A stretch of 57,305 nucleotides of DNA from a virus (taxonomy: Duplodnaviria > Caudoviricetes). The DNA lies in IMG/VR virus record IMGVR_UViG_3300035182_000325, positions 1 through 57,305 of that record. One strand, 5' to 3'. The position numbers and the translations under genes were made by a program. Under the pieces are notes generated by a model that saw only the letters and a list, made by a program, of their open reading frames with translations, was not told the DNA's origin and made no database searches. Below, piece after piece: positions 9,006-18,283 of the stretch; the stretch's first letter is position 1, and each line of letters opens with the position of its first letter.

Positions 9006-10306
9006 GCTGCTTCCGGTTTAGGTGTAGATTTCTTTGCTGGTTTCTTAGTAGCAGGATCGGGTTTACCTGAAGTTGGTTTAGCTCCAGGTTCTTCAGGTGC
9101 TTCAGGTGGTGTAATCTCTACAGACTTCAAAGGAATCACTTTATAAATCTTGTAGTCAATGTCTTTACGGAAGTTGACTTTAATTAGGTAGTCAAGTACG
9201 AATCGTTTGAAGTCATTGATTACGTTGTTGACCAATGGAGAGAGGGAAGAGTAATAAACTTGTAGAGGAACCTCTCTACCTGAGGATGATCCTAAACCAC
9301 CATCACCGCCCTCTACTACTTCGGGTGGAACTCCCATTGCTTCGAGCATTTCTAGACGTAGTACTTCTGGGTATTCCATTAATCCTTGAGGGGTAACGCT
9401 AGCGGTCGGAGGTTCCCAGACCCATTTCTGAGTCTTACCATCTTGTTGGAACTCGTTTGGAAGCACTAGGAAGCCTCCAGTTCGACGATTGGACATAATC
9501 CCTATCGCCAACTGCTTATTGTCCATCTTGTTCGTAGCATTCGTTCCTACGCTTCCAATGGGATACCGCATAACCCCCCCATCGTAGGCATTCCGATGGA
9601 ACCATGTGCGGCGTATATCCCTAGCTCCATAACAGACCCATGTTTCATGCCAAGGAACAAACGCCCAAGAGAGACGGGATTGACCTACGATAGGATGATG
9701 GGACTTTTCGTGTACGTGCCACATAATCTTGGGGATATCGATTTCTTTACCTTCTTCGTATCCAGGTACCCCACGAACCCGAGCACCTACTAGCTGTTCT
9801 CTCCAAAGTTTAGGAGCTACGTTGAATGGGTGAATATGTTTCATGCTGGAGTAGTGAATCTTACCATCAAGTTTCTTCTTATACATAACTTGACAGCAAG
9901 AGAATCCCCAGTCTAAAGCTAAAAGCATTTCCTGAAGTCCATCTTGCCATAGTTGGCTAAGTGACTCCATGATGAACTCTTTAATCTCTTTGTCTTCGCA
10001 CTTAACACCGTAGACAAACTGGATACCCTGTTCTCGTATGGTCTCGTGGAGTTGGGGATTCTCAGCCTCTTCACTATCAACGAATGCAGCAAAGGACTGG
10101 ATAGGACCTTTGAGAAGATTCAATCCGTATCGAATCCTTGGGTCCTGTTTCATCGTAGGAACTAAGGAGAGCCTGAAGAGAGGAAAGTTGTGCCCATACT
10201 CTGGAGAGAATGAAGTAGGATAGTTCGAAGTCATGATAAAGTCAGTAGGGTTGGTGTTGTAGGTTACCAACAAGTCTCTACCAGTTTGAACTTTACTTCT
10301 ACTCAT
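9002..10306 (-). CDS. Portal protein, Mu gp29/DUF935-like
   Basis: MKQDPRIRYGL, EMLLALDWGFSCCQVMY and GQSRLSWAFVPW resemble DUF935 portals; no other portal candidate in the genome. Confidence 0.75.
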   Translation of the reverse strand: MSRSKVQTGRDLLVTYNTNPTDFIMTSNYPTSFSPEYGHNFPLFRLSLVPTMKQDPRIRYGLNLLKGPIQSFAAFVDSEEAENPQLHETIREQGIQFVYGVKCEDKEIKEFIMESLSQLWQDGLQEMLLALDWGFSCCQVMYKKKLDGKIHYSSMKHIHPFNVAPKLWREQLVGARVRGVPGYEEGKEIDIPKIMWHVHEKSHHPIVGQSRLSWAFVPWHETWVCYGARDIRRTWFHRNAYDGGVMRYPIGSVGTNATNKMDNKQLAIGIMSNRRTGGFLVLPNEFQQDGKTQKWVWEPPTASVTPQGLMEYPEVLRLEMLEAMGVPPEVVEGGDGGLGSSSGREVPLQVYYSSLSPLVNNVINDFKRFVLDYLIKVNFRKDIDYKIYKVIPLKSVEITPPEAPEEPGAKPTSGKPDPATKKPAKKSTPKPEAA

Positions 10307-10808
10307 TTTTTAATTTCCCCAATTAGATAGCTATTTTCAGCTTTGTTAGCATCATCAAAAGAGAACCCAGCCCGAAGCATAAGAGTCTTTATGTTTCCTG
10401 AATGAACAGGTTCGTTAATAGCAAGCTTCTCTTCTGCTTCAATACGGACTCGGGCATACTCTAAGAGTTCGAGGTCTCTGTCGTTTCTTGGGGTCCAGGA
10501 GAATCGGAAGAATCGTAGACTTCTTGCAAACTTGAGAACTTTTTTTTGAGAACTTCCTCAATCTTATCAAACTCAGCAAGTAGGACCATTGCAGTCCCAT
10601 TGGAGATTTTAATGTTGTGGTTCTTCTCATATATCTCACTTACGAATGATGCGAACACCTCATTAGAAGTTTGACCTGTGACCTTCATCTGAGTGTACGC
10701 TTCTTGTACGTATCGTTGATGGTCAAAGTAGTCGATGATGAACTCAGCACCACCTACTTTGATCTTAACGGATGTTTCCTCAGCAGTTGGGAGGGATAAT
10801 TCGTGCAT
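10303..10808 (-). CDS. Tail assembly chaperone, -1 frameshifted long form (about 168 aa)
   Basis: The -1 frame after the slippery site is open for 78 codons (VLKFARSLRFF...LIGEIKK); its TGA overlaps the portal ATG. Confidence 0.7.
10461..10808 (-). CDS. Tail assembly chaperone (short, gpG-like form)
   Basis: AAAGGA RBS; ends ...LKKKF with slippery A-AAA-AAG at 10545-10539. Confidence 0.65.
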   Translation of the reverse strand: MHELSLPTAEETSVKIKVGGAEFIIDYFDHQRYVQEAYTQMKVTGQTSNEVFASFVSEIYEKNHNIKISNGTAMVLLAEFDKIEEVLKKKFSSLQEVYDSSDSPGPQETTETSNS

Positions 10809-10823
10809 GATGGTCCTTTGGGG

Positions 10824-12752
10824 TTAGGCAAATTCGGCTGATCGTCCAGAAGTTTCAATTACAATACCGTTGCTTTCAGCAGTTCCTTTAAGTGCATACT
10901 CATTATCCCAAGTCGCCATGTAAATGGGAATTTGGTCCGACACACATAAAAGATTGCATGACCAGCTGCTTTCTCCGATTCGATAACAATCTCTATTATT
11001 AATCTGAGAAATGACTGGACACGGAATTTCGTAACCAATTCGTATAGCGTATCCTTTTGACCGCACTGTGTAAATAGGCTTTCCACGAACATGAATGATA
11101 TCGTTGTTGTATGGGGTTTGGTCTGCTGCTGCTGAAGCCCCATTAATACCAAACCCAACTGAGGATTTTGAAGAGGTTTCTAAGGAAGAGGCTTTTCGAC
11201 TATTCAGGAACTGACTAGTAATGGTAGGCAGTATTCCTGAATTTGTAAACTCTTTTATCAAGAACCAAGGGACGTATTCAATCCATGAGTTTTCTGGAGT
11301 AATCCCATCCAGGTACTCACCGTAAGCAGAAACGTCATATGATCCTTTACCTAAGGGCATTGTGTCCCGCTCATAACTATCTGTTCTATAAGGTCTAACG
11401 GGTTCTCCAGGAGTATTCTGACTTTGATAAGAAGATTGACGGGAATTTGACAACGAAGATTGGTCAGCAGTACATAGATCGAAGAGTAGACTGAATGTTG
11501 GTAGAGAAGGATTACGAAATCCGGTACTACCCTGAACCCCACCAATGTTAGTTTTCCACAATGACCATTGATCAGCCCGAGAAAATGGATTAGCAGTATT
11601 GAGGTTATCAGGAACTCTTCCATCTTCTACAGCACTCCAAGCCACATCTACGGGATAGAACATCCCTGTTGACTTAAATAGATTCAAAATAGAAGTATAA
11701 GTAACCCATCGCATGTTTACAGAAACCTTGCGAGAGTTGCAAGATTCCTTGATTCGTATGCTTAAAGGAATTTGCTTTGGTAGTTCCTTCTTTTTATCGT
11801 TCGGTTCTTTGTTATCCTTTAGGAACTGATCTATTGGGGCTGCAAAGAAATTAGATCGATTACGACGATTAGCCATGTAGATAGCGAAAGCTACCCAGGC
11901 CCATCCCTTCCATTCTCCAGGCTTAACCGTGAACTCACCACTCATATCATTAGCCCAAGTTCTAAATCCTGAACCTTCAAATATATTATCTGAAAGCAGA
12001 TTAGAACTAATAGAATGGGAAACTTCTTGAGATACGATGTAACGATAGAACGGATTCTCTGAAGCAATTTCCGTGTCAGTTATTTGATAGTCAAGAGTAC
12101 GTTGATCTCTTCGAACAGTAATCCTACTTGTACGTTGGAAGTTAAGAAGTTGGTTTTTATCGAAGTACGCAGCAAATATCTTAAGAGCGTTAGGAGTTAG
12201 GAGTCCTCTTTTTCCGGATTGACCAGCAACTTCAATGGAACCTGAAGTAGTAATTACAGCAGCACCTTCTTCATTAAAAGCTATCTCTGTCTCTTCGATT
12301 AATGAGAGGATCGTTAATTGTGCTGCTGAAGCTACAGTTAGATCGGCTGGAATAGGGCAGGCTGTTGTAGTAGCTTCTAGTCTCCAAGTTACCTCAGCAG
12401 CAAGATTACCGCCTAAGGTTTTCCATTCAAGGATTTCAGGAATAGGTCCATAGTTGATATCAGTGTAGGTACTGCCCGGACCATTTAATGAAATTACGTT
12501 ACCAAACCCTCTACCTTCAAAATGGAACTCTAACCCTTTGGTAAGTAGCTGTCCTTTAATAAGATCGAATTCATCATCAGTACCGCTAGGATTAGCTAAG
12601 ATGAACTTAACTTCAAACGTAGTCTTGTAGTACTTAATCGTAATCCCATCGTCTGCACGAACAGGTACTACTTTAGCATCAGTATGAATCGAGTAATTAG
12701 CAAAGCTGAATAAACCATAGCTAACCGGCATGAAGGACGAACAATCGATCAT
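10824..12752 (-). CDS. Putative tail structural protein
   Basis: 642 aa, directly after the tape-measure-like gene. Confidence 0.5.
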   Translation of the reverse strand: MIDCSSFMPVSYGLFSFANYSIHTDAKVVPVRADDGITIKYYKTTFEVKFILANPSGTDDEFDLIKGQLLTKGLEFHFEGRGFGNVISLNGPGSTYTDINYGPIPEILEWKTLGGNLAAEVTWRLEATTTACPIPADLTVASAAQLTILSLIEETEIAFNEEGAAVITTSGSIEVAGQSGKRGLLTPNALKIFAAYFDKNQLLNFQRTSRITVRRDQRTLDYQITDTEIASENPFYRYIVSQEVSHSISSNLLSDNIFEGSGFRTWANDMSGEFTVKPGEWKGWAWVAFAIYMANRRNRSNFFAAPIDQFLKDNKEPNDKKKELPKQIPLSIRIKESCNSRKVSVNMRWVTYTSILNLFKSTGMFYPVDVAWSAVEDGRVPDNLNTANPFSRADQWSLWKTNIGGVQGSTGFRNPSLPTFSLLFDLCTADQSSLSNSRQSSYQSQNTPGEPVRPYRTDSYERDTMPLGKGSYDVSAYGEYLDGITPENSWIEYVPWFLIKEFTNSGILPTITSQFLNSRKASSLETSSKSSVGFGINGASAAADQTPYNNDIIHVRGKPIYTVRSKGYAIRIGYEIPCPVISQINNRDCYRIGESSWSCNLLCVSDQIPIYMATWDNEYALKGTAESNGIVIETSGRSAEFA

Positions 12753-14398
12753 TGAAAAATTCCCTTGATAGGTGTGTTAGTGTTTCGTCCTCCAGGACCA
12801 TCTTGCTTATTGTTCAAGAATGCTTCTACATCCCCAATAACTTGTGGAGATTTATTTCGATTCTGAGCATCTTTCATAGCTTCTGAGAATACGCTGGTCC
12901 AGAAGGTTGAAGAGAATATAGAACCACCCTTATCCATTCTAGCGATTGCATTCTTATACAAATCAACCACTAAAGTAGTGGCATCTACGATAAAAGCAAC
13001 ACCTTCCATAATCGCAGACAGCGTAGGTCCAAAGGTCTCAATCAGCTTATCTGCCAAACGCTGGGAAGAAGCTTCCAACATAGTACGAGACTTTGAAATG
13101 TCTGCAAGTACTGACCCAAGCTTCTCTCCTCTCTGTATGTTCATATCAAGGAACAGAAGTTGTTTGTTGATCGAAGCATTAATCAATTCAGGACTAAACG
13201 GAAGTGTCTTCTGTTCCGTGTTCTTAGCGATATTATCTAGCGTTGATACAATTTCAGTAAGAACCTTACCGACATAATTAAAAGGTATATCAGCCCCAGT
13301 TGCAGCACCTGTTACAGTTCCAGGGTCGCCACTGGTTAGGTCTCTAGCTTTCTTTCCAGCACTTGAAATAGCTCTGGAGATAGCTTGGTCTACTATGGCT
13401 GCTACAGCAACTATAGCAGCTACCTTAGCAAATAAAGAACCCGCAGATGCTTTTGATCCTACAGCATCATCTGAAGCCTTTGTATTTACTGGAGGGGGAA
13501 CAGGACTTTCACCCCTAGCAAGACTTCGTTCGCCCCTAGCAACTTCTTCAGGAGAAGGTACATTACTAGCAGTTAGTTCGTTGTATTTCTTCTGAGCTGC
13601 TTTCTCAGCCTCTTCCAATATCTTTGATTGACGATTAGCGTGTCCTGAACCAGAGACCTTACCTCTCCGACCCATCAATAGGACACGATCAATAAAGTCA
13701 GTCATAGCTTCAAATGGAGACATTTCCAACTCTGAAGCTCGACTAGCAAGGTATTCTCGTTTAGCTAAATCAGCTTCTACTTTAGCAGAAGCTTTAAGCT
13801 GTTCTAACCTTTGCTTTTGAAATTTAGCATCTTCGTGGTCAGTCTTACGTTTGGTTCTCTTAGCTTCTAAATCCTTTTCAGCTTGTTCTTTCTTAGCAGC
13901 CCTATTGACCATCTCCTTTTGGGATACTTCTTTAAGAGCATCCATAATCTCTTGGACTTTACCAGGAGCATCAGCTAAATTGCCTGACTCAAGTTCATCG
14001 TAGATAGCTTTAACGTGGGCAAGGTCTTCTTCGTTTCCTCCAGTAGTTTTGATCCAAGTCTTGATAGCATCAAATGATTTCATAAGGTCTACTTCTAGAC
14101 CCTGGATACGATTGTTCTGCTTCTCGGCCATCCCTGAGACTATTTCGTCTAATCGTTCAGGAGTCTTAGCAGCCCTAGCTCTTTGCTGAGCCATAGCTCC
14201 AGCAGTAAGTACTTGAGACTTCAAACGAATCTGTAGCTTGTCTACAGCTTTTTCGAAGTCTCGAATACGCTTCTCAAGAATCAATCTCCCCTTACGATCT
14301 TGCTTAGGGATATCCTTAATCTCTTCCCCTTGAGGAATATCATTAGAATTGGCTGGTCCAATGTTTCCGTCGCCAATATTAATATTGAACCCAGCCAT
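12749..14398 (-). CDS. Tape-measure-like protein
   Basis: Ala/Lys/Glu-rich helical sequence with hydrophobic stretches; follows the tail tube gene. Confidence 0.5.
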   Translation of the reverse strand: MAGFNINIGDGNIGPANSNDIPQGEEIKDIPKQDRKGRLILEKRIRDFEKAVDKLQIRLKSQVLTAGAMAQQRARAAKTPERLDEIVSGMAEKQNNRIQGLEVDLMKSFDAIKTWIKTTGGNEEDLAHVKAIYDELESGNLADAPGKVQEIMDALKEVSQKEMVNRAAKKEQAEKDLEAKRTKRKTDHEDAKFQKQRLEQLKASAKVEADLAKREYLASRASELEMSPFEAMTDFIDRVLLMGRRGKVSGSGHANRQSKILEEAEKAAQKKYNELTASNVPSPEEVARGERSLARGESPVPPPVNTKASDDAVGSKASAGSLFAKVAAIVAVAAIVDQAISRAISSAGKKARDLTSGDPGTVTGAATGADIPFNYVGKVLTEIVSTLDNIAKNTEQKTLPFSPELINASINKQLLFLDMNIQRGEKLGSVLADISKSRTMLEASSQRLADKLIETFGPTLSAIMEGVAFIVDATTLVVDLYKNAIARMDKGGSIFSSTFWTSVFSEAMKDAQNRNKSPQVIGDVEAFLNNKQDGPGGRNTNTPIKGIFQ

Positions 14399-14411
14399 GA
14401 TGATCCTTGAA

Positions 14412-14443
14412 TAAAATAAGAGCTAACTAATCGTCTAGCTCTT
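14412..14443 (-). terminator. Putative intrinsic terminator after the tail tube gene
   Basis: AAGAGCTA/TAGCTCTT stem followed by a T-rich tract on the minus strand. Confidence 0.5.
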
Positions 14444-14487
14444 TGGAGTAAAAGAAAGGGCTAGCCCTTCTGGAGGGAGAGAAGCTA

Positions 14488-14973
14488 TTAGGTGAAAGTG
14501 TAGAAAACTCCACCCGCACAGCCCATCACAGCAGCAGAAGACTTCGGAACTGGGAGGATTGCAAGTGAGACTGCTACTTTCCGTTGTTCTCCGGCTAATT
14601 TAGTTTTGACTGCTTCAGTCCAAAGAACAGCCCGAGTAAACGTAAGGCTGGTTGGTACTGCTGCGTTACCAGTGCACTTGGTAAGGATCAACGGAAACGC
14701 AAGGGTTGACATTAGAACCCCGGTAACTCCAGCATCACCGTTAGTAATGGTCCAGGGCCACAACAAGGCTTGAACACCTGTTAGGGTAGGCTCGTTGAGA
14801 ACGAAACTGATGTTCATCTCTACACCTTGGTAGACTCCGTCTTCCCGAGCCCTCCAAAGGTCCGAATCAATGTCTTGAACCTTTTGGGAATAGTCCCATT
14901 CGAACCCATCATCAATTTGACCAATAGCAACAGCATTGTAAGTTGCTGAGTAACCACCTGCGATATGAGCCAT
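14488..14973 (-). CDS. Major tail tube protein (putative)
   Basis: 161 aa, beta-rich pattern (IGQIDDGFEWDY...NISFVLNE), position, downstream terminator. Confidence 0.6.
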   Translation of the reverse strand: MAHIAGGYSATYNAVAIGQIDDGFEWDYSQKVQDIDSDLWRAREDGVYQGVEMNISFVLNEPTLTGVQALLWPWTITNGDAGVTGVLMSTLAFPLILTKCTGNAAVPTSLTFTRAVLWTEAVKTKLAGEQRKVAVSLAILPVPKSSAAVMGCAGGVFYTFT

Positions 14974-15031
14974 TTACTCTTCTCCTAAGTTTGTGATCTA
15001 ACGGAATTAATTAAGGGGTTAGAAGGGAGTT

Positions 15032-15445
15032 CTAAGGGGCGAAAGGATTAGGAGGAGTATCCCCTTCAAAGACAATCTCAGTGTTAGAAGGTTCGTCTAC
15101 TTCCACTGGTTTGGGGTCCATCAGGTTATTGTCTTTGAGATACTTGACACACTCATAGCAGGTACAGGCCAATGGTTGATTCGTTCCATTGACTGGATGA
15201 ACTTTGGAGTTACATGCTGTCTGCCATTGTACTCCAGAAGCTCCAGATACATCAGGAGGGAACCCCAGAGGGATATCATCTGAGGTATGGAGGTGGTTCC
15301 CTCCTTCTCGGAGAGGAATGAAACAACAGATTTTGGCTAGGTCTATAAAAGCTGTTCCACCACACTTTTCACAGGGGGGAGCAACTTCTCGTAAGGACTT
15401 TGTGTAAAACACGTTTTGGCACGATTGGCATCGTTTGGCAAACAT
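15032..15445 (-). CDS. Zn-finger hypothetical protein
   Basis: CQSC, CEKC and CYEC motifs. Confidence 0.55.
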   Translation of the reverse strand: MFAKRCQSCQNVFYTKSLREVAPPCEKCGGTAFIDLAKICCFIPLREGGNHLHTSDDIPLGFPPDVSGASGVQWQTACNSKVHPVNGTNQPLACTCYECVKYLKDNNLMDPKPVEVDEPSNTEIVFEGDTPPNPFAP

Positions 15446-15459
15446 TTGGGGAACTTTCG

Positions 15460-15652
15460 TTTAATAAAATCCGCAATTTCGGTACGGAAAAGATTTTTCA
15501 ATTTAATAAAATCCGCAGTTCCAAAACCGGGTTTTCAGCTTTTTTTCGCTAATTAATTCCGCAAACCGCTTTTCCTGTGAATTCCGTTTCATTTAATAAA
15601 ATCCGCAAAAACAGGGTGGAAATTTGGCTTTTTTCGGTTAATTAATTCCGCA
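15460..15652. repeat. Five phased short repeats (TTTAATAAAATCCGCA x3, TAATTAATTCCGCA x2)
   Basis: Copies end at 15475, 15517, 15563, 15607 and 15652 (spacing 42, 46, 44, 45 nt) in an AT-rich intergenic gap. Confidence 0.85.
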
Positions 15653-15654
15653 GA

Positions 15655-16299
15655 TCAGCAGGGAGTTTTGAGGACCATATTTGGCCCCTGAAAAGCTAAT
15701 TTCATACTCCAACCGGACTCCTGAATTCTATCATTTCCGAAGGGTATTTCAACACCTCTTTTTGTGTTAAAAGCGTGGAAAAACTCATCAAATCGAGGAA
15801 TTGGAGTCCCTGAGAAACCCGAGACTAAAATGGGTTGGAGAACCGTCAAATTTGCCACCAAATCGGAGAGGCTAGTTGAAGCGGGCGATGGGGGGGTTGA
15901 CAAGGAAATTTGATTTACTATACTTGTCTTACTGTTCTCTATACTACTTACTATATTACTATATAATATAATACTATTATCTATTAGTAGTGTAAGTATG
16001 GAACCCACTGATGATAGAGCAGTAACTTCTTCTAAGTAGCACGCGAGACGTTGACGATCATTTGGGAGGTTCCCCATTTTTCGATTGATCGAAATGTGAG
16101 TTGTTAGAACGTACTCAGCAGCCATCTTTTGCGACTTGCGAAAAACTTCGCTTCCGTGAATCGTAATCGTCTTGTCTCCAGAACTTGGAAATGGTTTTTC
16201 ATCTGGAGTGATCTGAACTTGATACTCTTTCAGAATCGCGACGGAATCAATTAACGCTTTGGTTTCGGTGAGGATGTTAGATAAGAACATATTTAGCAA
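15655..16299 (-). CDS. Putative tail completion/terminator-like protein
   Basis: Position between neck and tube genes; no firm motif. Confidence 0.4.
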   Translation of the reverse strand: MLNMFLSNILTETKALIDSVAILKEYQVQITPDEKPFPSSGDKTITIHGSEVFRKSQKMAAEYVLTTHISINRKMGNLPNDRQRLACYLEEVTALSSVGSILTLLIDNSIILYSNIVSSIENSKTSIVNQISLSTPPSPASTSLSDLVANLTVLQPILVSGFSGTPIPRFDEFFHAFNTKRGVEIPFGNDRIQESGWSMKLAFQGPNMVLKTPC

Positions 16300-16834
16300 A
16301 TCCGGCTATCAAGTGTGGGGTGGCTTTTTCAATTGCAATTCTTAACCAAGGGTCTATTGACTCTGGGAAGTACGGTCTTACTTCTTGAACATCGTCAGCG
16401 TAGGGAATATTAATCTTAATTTGAATCCCTTGCTCGGTTATCAGTACTTGTTGATCTGGGTTTGGAGGAACATACTTCCATCCAATAACCTTTCCTGGAG
16501 CCAACGCATTTATTAAACGCTTTGTATCAATATTGATCGGAGGATTACGATCAGCCAAGAGTTCTTTCTTCGTTCGTTTCCTCCGACCAATCTTGAACTG
16601 AGTTCTCTCTCCCCGCTGAAGGGGTTTGTATAGTCTCCGAGATTCACTTAGAGGTTTCCATTTCACGCCTAACGAATCGGAGTATCCTTTACTCTTTATA
16701 ATGAACTCAGTATGTATCAAATCAAATAAGTAATACAGCACCCAGGAACTAAACAACAGAATTAATTGGCTTCTCTCTGTTGGGGTTGGGTTCCTCCTAA
16801 GGTTGTATTGTTTGAAGTCTAAAGGTATTTTCAT
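16277..16834 (-). CDS. Virion morphogenesis (neck) protein, Mu gpG-like
   Basis: GVKWKPLSESR motif, YA...RPYFP C-terminus, GGAGG RBS. Confidence 0.6.
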   Translation of the reverse strand: MKIPLDFKQYNLRRNPTPTERSQLILLFSSWVLYYLFDLIHTEFIIKSKGYSDSLGVKWKPLSESRRLYKPLQRGERTQFKIGRRKRTKKELLADRNPPINIDTKRLINALAPGKVIGWKYVPPNPDQQVLITEQGIQIKINIPYADDVQEVRPYFPESIDPWLRIAIEKATPHLIAGFAKYVLI

Positions 16835-16864
16835 CTTCCCCTCCAGAAAACTGGGGTGCCGGGG

Positions 16865-17377
16865 TTACAACCAACTGAAGGGGATGTATCGTTGTACGAA
16901 TCGAACACCTGAAACATCTGGAGTAGCTGAGATAGGATCAATTCGCATTGGTGTGAATGGGTAACGATTGTCGGATGAGACATTCAGGAAGACTGCTTGG
17001 CTTGTAACATTAGCCGGAAGGTCATCTAAGTATCGTTCTCCGTTTACTAATGCAGTAAGGTCTTCTAAAGCTTCCAGATACTCATTGAAGTACTGTGAGT
17101 CATTACCTCTTCGAATTGAAAGTAAGTACGCTCCGATGTAGGTTGCTCTTGCTCGAATCCACGGATGTGGTTTAGCAACAGAGTCATCAAACAACTTATT
17201 GATGATACTCTTAACTTCATAATGAGCCCTGATGATTATCTCATTCATCGTGTCTACGTAGTCTGGCTCTAATGCAGTATAATCATCTCTTCGATTCTCA
17301 ACAGCATCTACTGAAAACAGTCTTTGAATCTCAGCTAAAGAAGTATAGTAGGTACTATCTACAGTTACACTTGGCAT
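16865..17377 (-). CDS. Head-tail adaptor, Mu gp36/DUF1320-like
   Basis: YYTSLAEIQRLF...A..EV.S.I...Y.EALE.L pattern and position. Confidence 0.65.
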   Translation of the reverse strand: MPSVTVDSTYYTSLAEIQRLFSVDAVENRRDDYTALEPDYVDTMNEIIIRAHYEVKSIINKLFDDSVAKPHPWIRARATYIGAYLLSIRRGNDSQYFNEYLEALEDLTALVNGERYLDDLPANVTSQAVFLNVSSDNRYPFTPMRIDPISATPDVSGVRFVQRYIPFSWL

Positions 17378-17408
17378 TTTAGATTGTCTCTACTATATAA
17401 AATTTAGC

Positions 17409-17735
17409 TTAGGTAGTGATTGCTGTTAGTGCTGCATTAAGTTGAGCAGTTGTTGCAGTTGGAATTGCTTGCTTGATTTGCTTGGCAACTCCTGTAGCAG
17501 CAACTGTTTCTAGGGCAGCAGCTACATTAAGTAAGTGAGCAGCAGTAATTCGTTGAGACAGTATGGTTTGATAACTGTTCTTACGATCTGCTGCTGTGAC
17601 GTTAGGAAGTTGAGGAAGTACGTTTCCTTCAGCAAGTCGTTTAGCGTTTTCATCAGCAATGGCTACATCCATTACTAATTTATCGCCTTGGTCAACATTG
17701 CCAGATACGTTGGCGGCTAGAACTATAGTACTAAT
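17409..17735 (-). CDS. Hypothetical virion protein (probable ATT start at 17735; ORF track uses ATG 17672)
   Basis: GGAG RBS 7 nt before an in-frame ATT; extension reads STIVLAANVSGNVDQGDKLV. Confidence 0.5.
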   Translation of the reverse strand: MSTIVLAANVSGNVDQGDKLVMDVAIADENAKRLAEGNVLPQLPNVTAADRKNSYQTILSQRITAAHLLNVAAALETVAATGVAKQIKQAIPTATTAQLNAALTAITT

Positions 17736-17737
17736 GG

Positions 17738-18283
17738 TTAGGCTCCTTGAGCAATTGCTAAGTATTCAGACAACGATTTAACATTTCCCGGCGAGACAGT
17801 AGCCCACAAGGAAGCATACATTAAAGCTCCTGATGCTCCTACAGCAGATGATCGATACCACTTGGTTCCGATTTGCTGTGGAACATGACTAGCTCCAAAG
17901 GTTCCCCAAGTAGACCACATTTCGCCGGTACTACTGAAAGGACAGAGGGTAGTGGCTGGGTCTGTACTCAATTCGAAGAATACAGGCAATCCTTCTACGT
18001 CACCACCTACAGCAGTTACTAAGGCTACTAAGGACAGTGGAATCCTCTCTAACTTAGAGATAGGTCCACAGCACGCAAGAGGAACAGTTCGATCAATAGA
18101 TGATCCTGTAGCTGTTCCTATTTGTGTGATGATGTCATAGTAAGGGTTTCTTTGTCCAGCAGTTACTAAGGCTTTGCCTAGTAGCTGATGGAGTTGGTTA
18201 ATTTGCTGGGTAGCTGCGTCTGTAAGTGTTGGATCAGATATATCCGTAGGAATATGAATCCAACATTTTCCGTCATTTTTCAT
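17738..18283 (-). CDS. Hypothetical virion-associated protein
   Basis: 181-aa ORF coupled by ATGA overlap to the fibre gene. Confidence 0.55.
   Translation of the reverse strand: MKNDGKCWIHIPTDISDPTLTDAATQQINQLHQLLGKALVTAGQRNPYYDIITQIGTATGSSIDRTVPLACCGPISKLERIPLSLVALVTAVGGDVEGLPVFFELSTDPATTLCPFSSTGEMWSTWGTFGASHVPQQIGTKWYRSSAVGASGALMYASLWATVSPGNVKSLSEYLAIAQGA

Noticed and set aside
15460-15652. CRISPR or mini-CRISPR array
   Set aside because: Repeats are only 14-16 nt and alternate between two variants, spacers resemble each other, and there is no cas operon.
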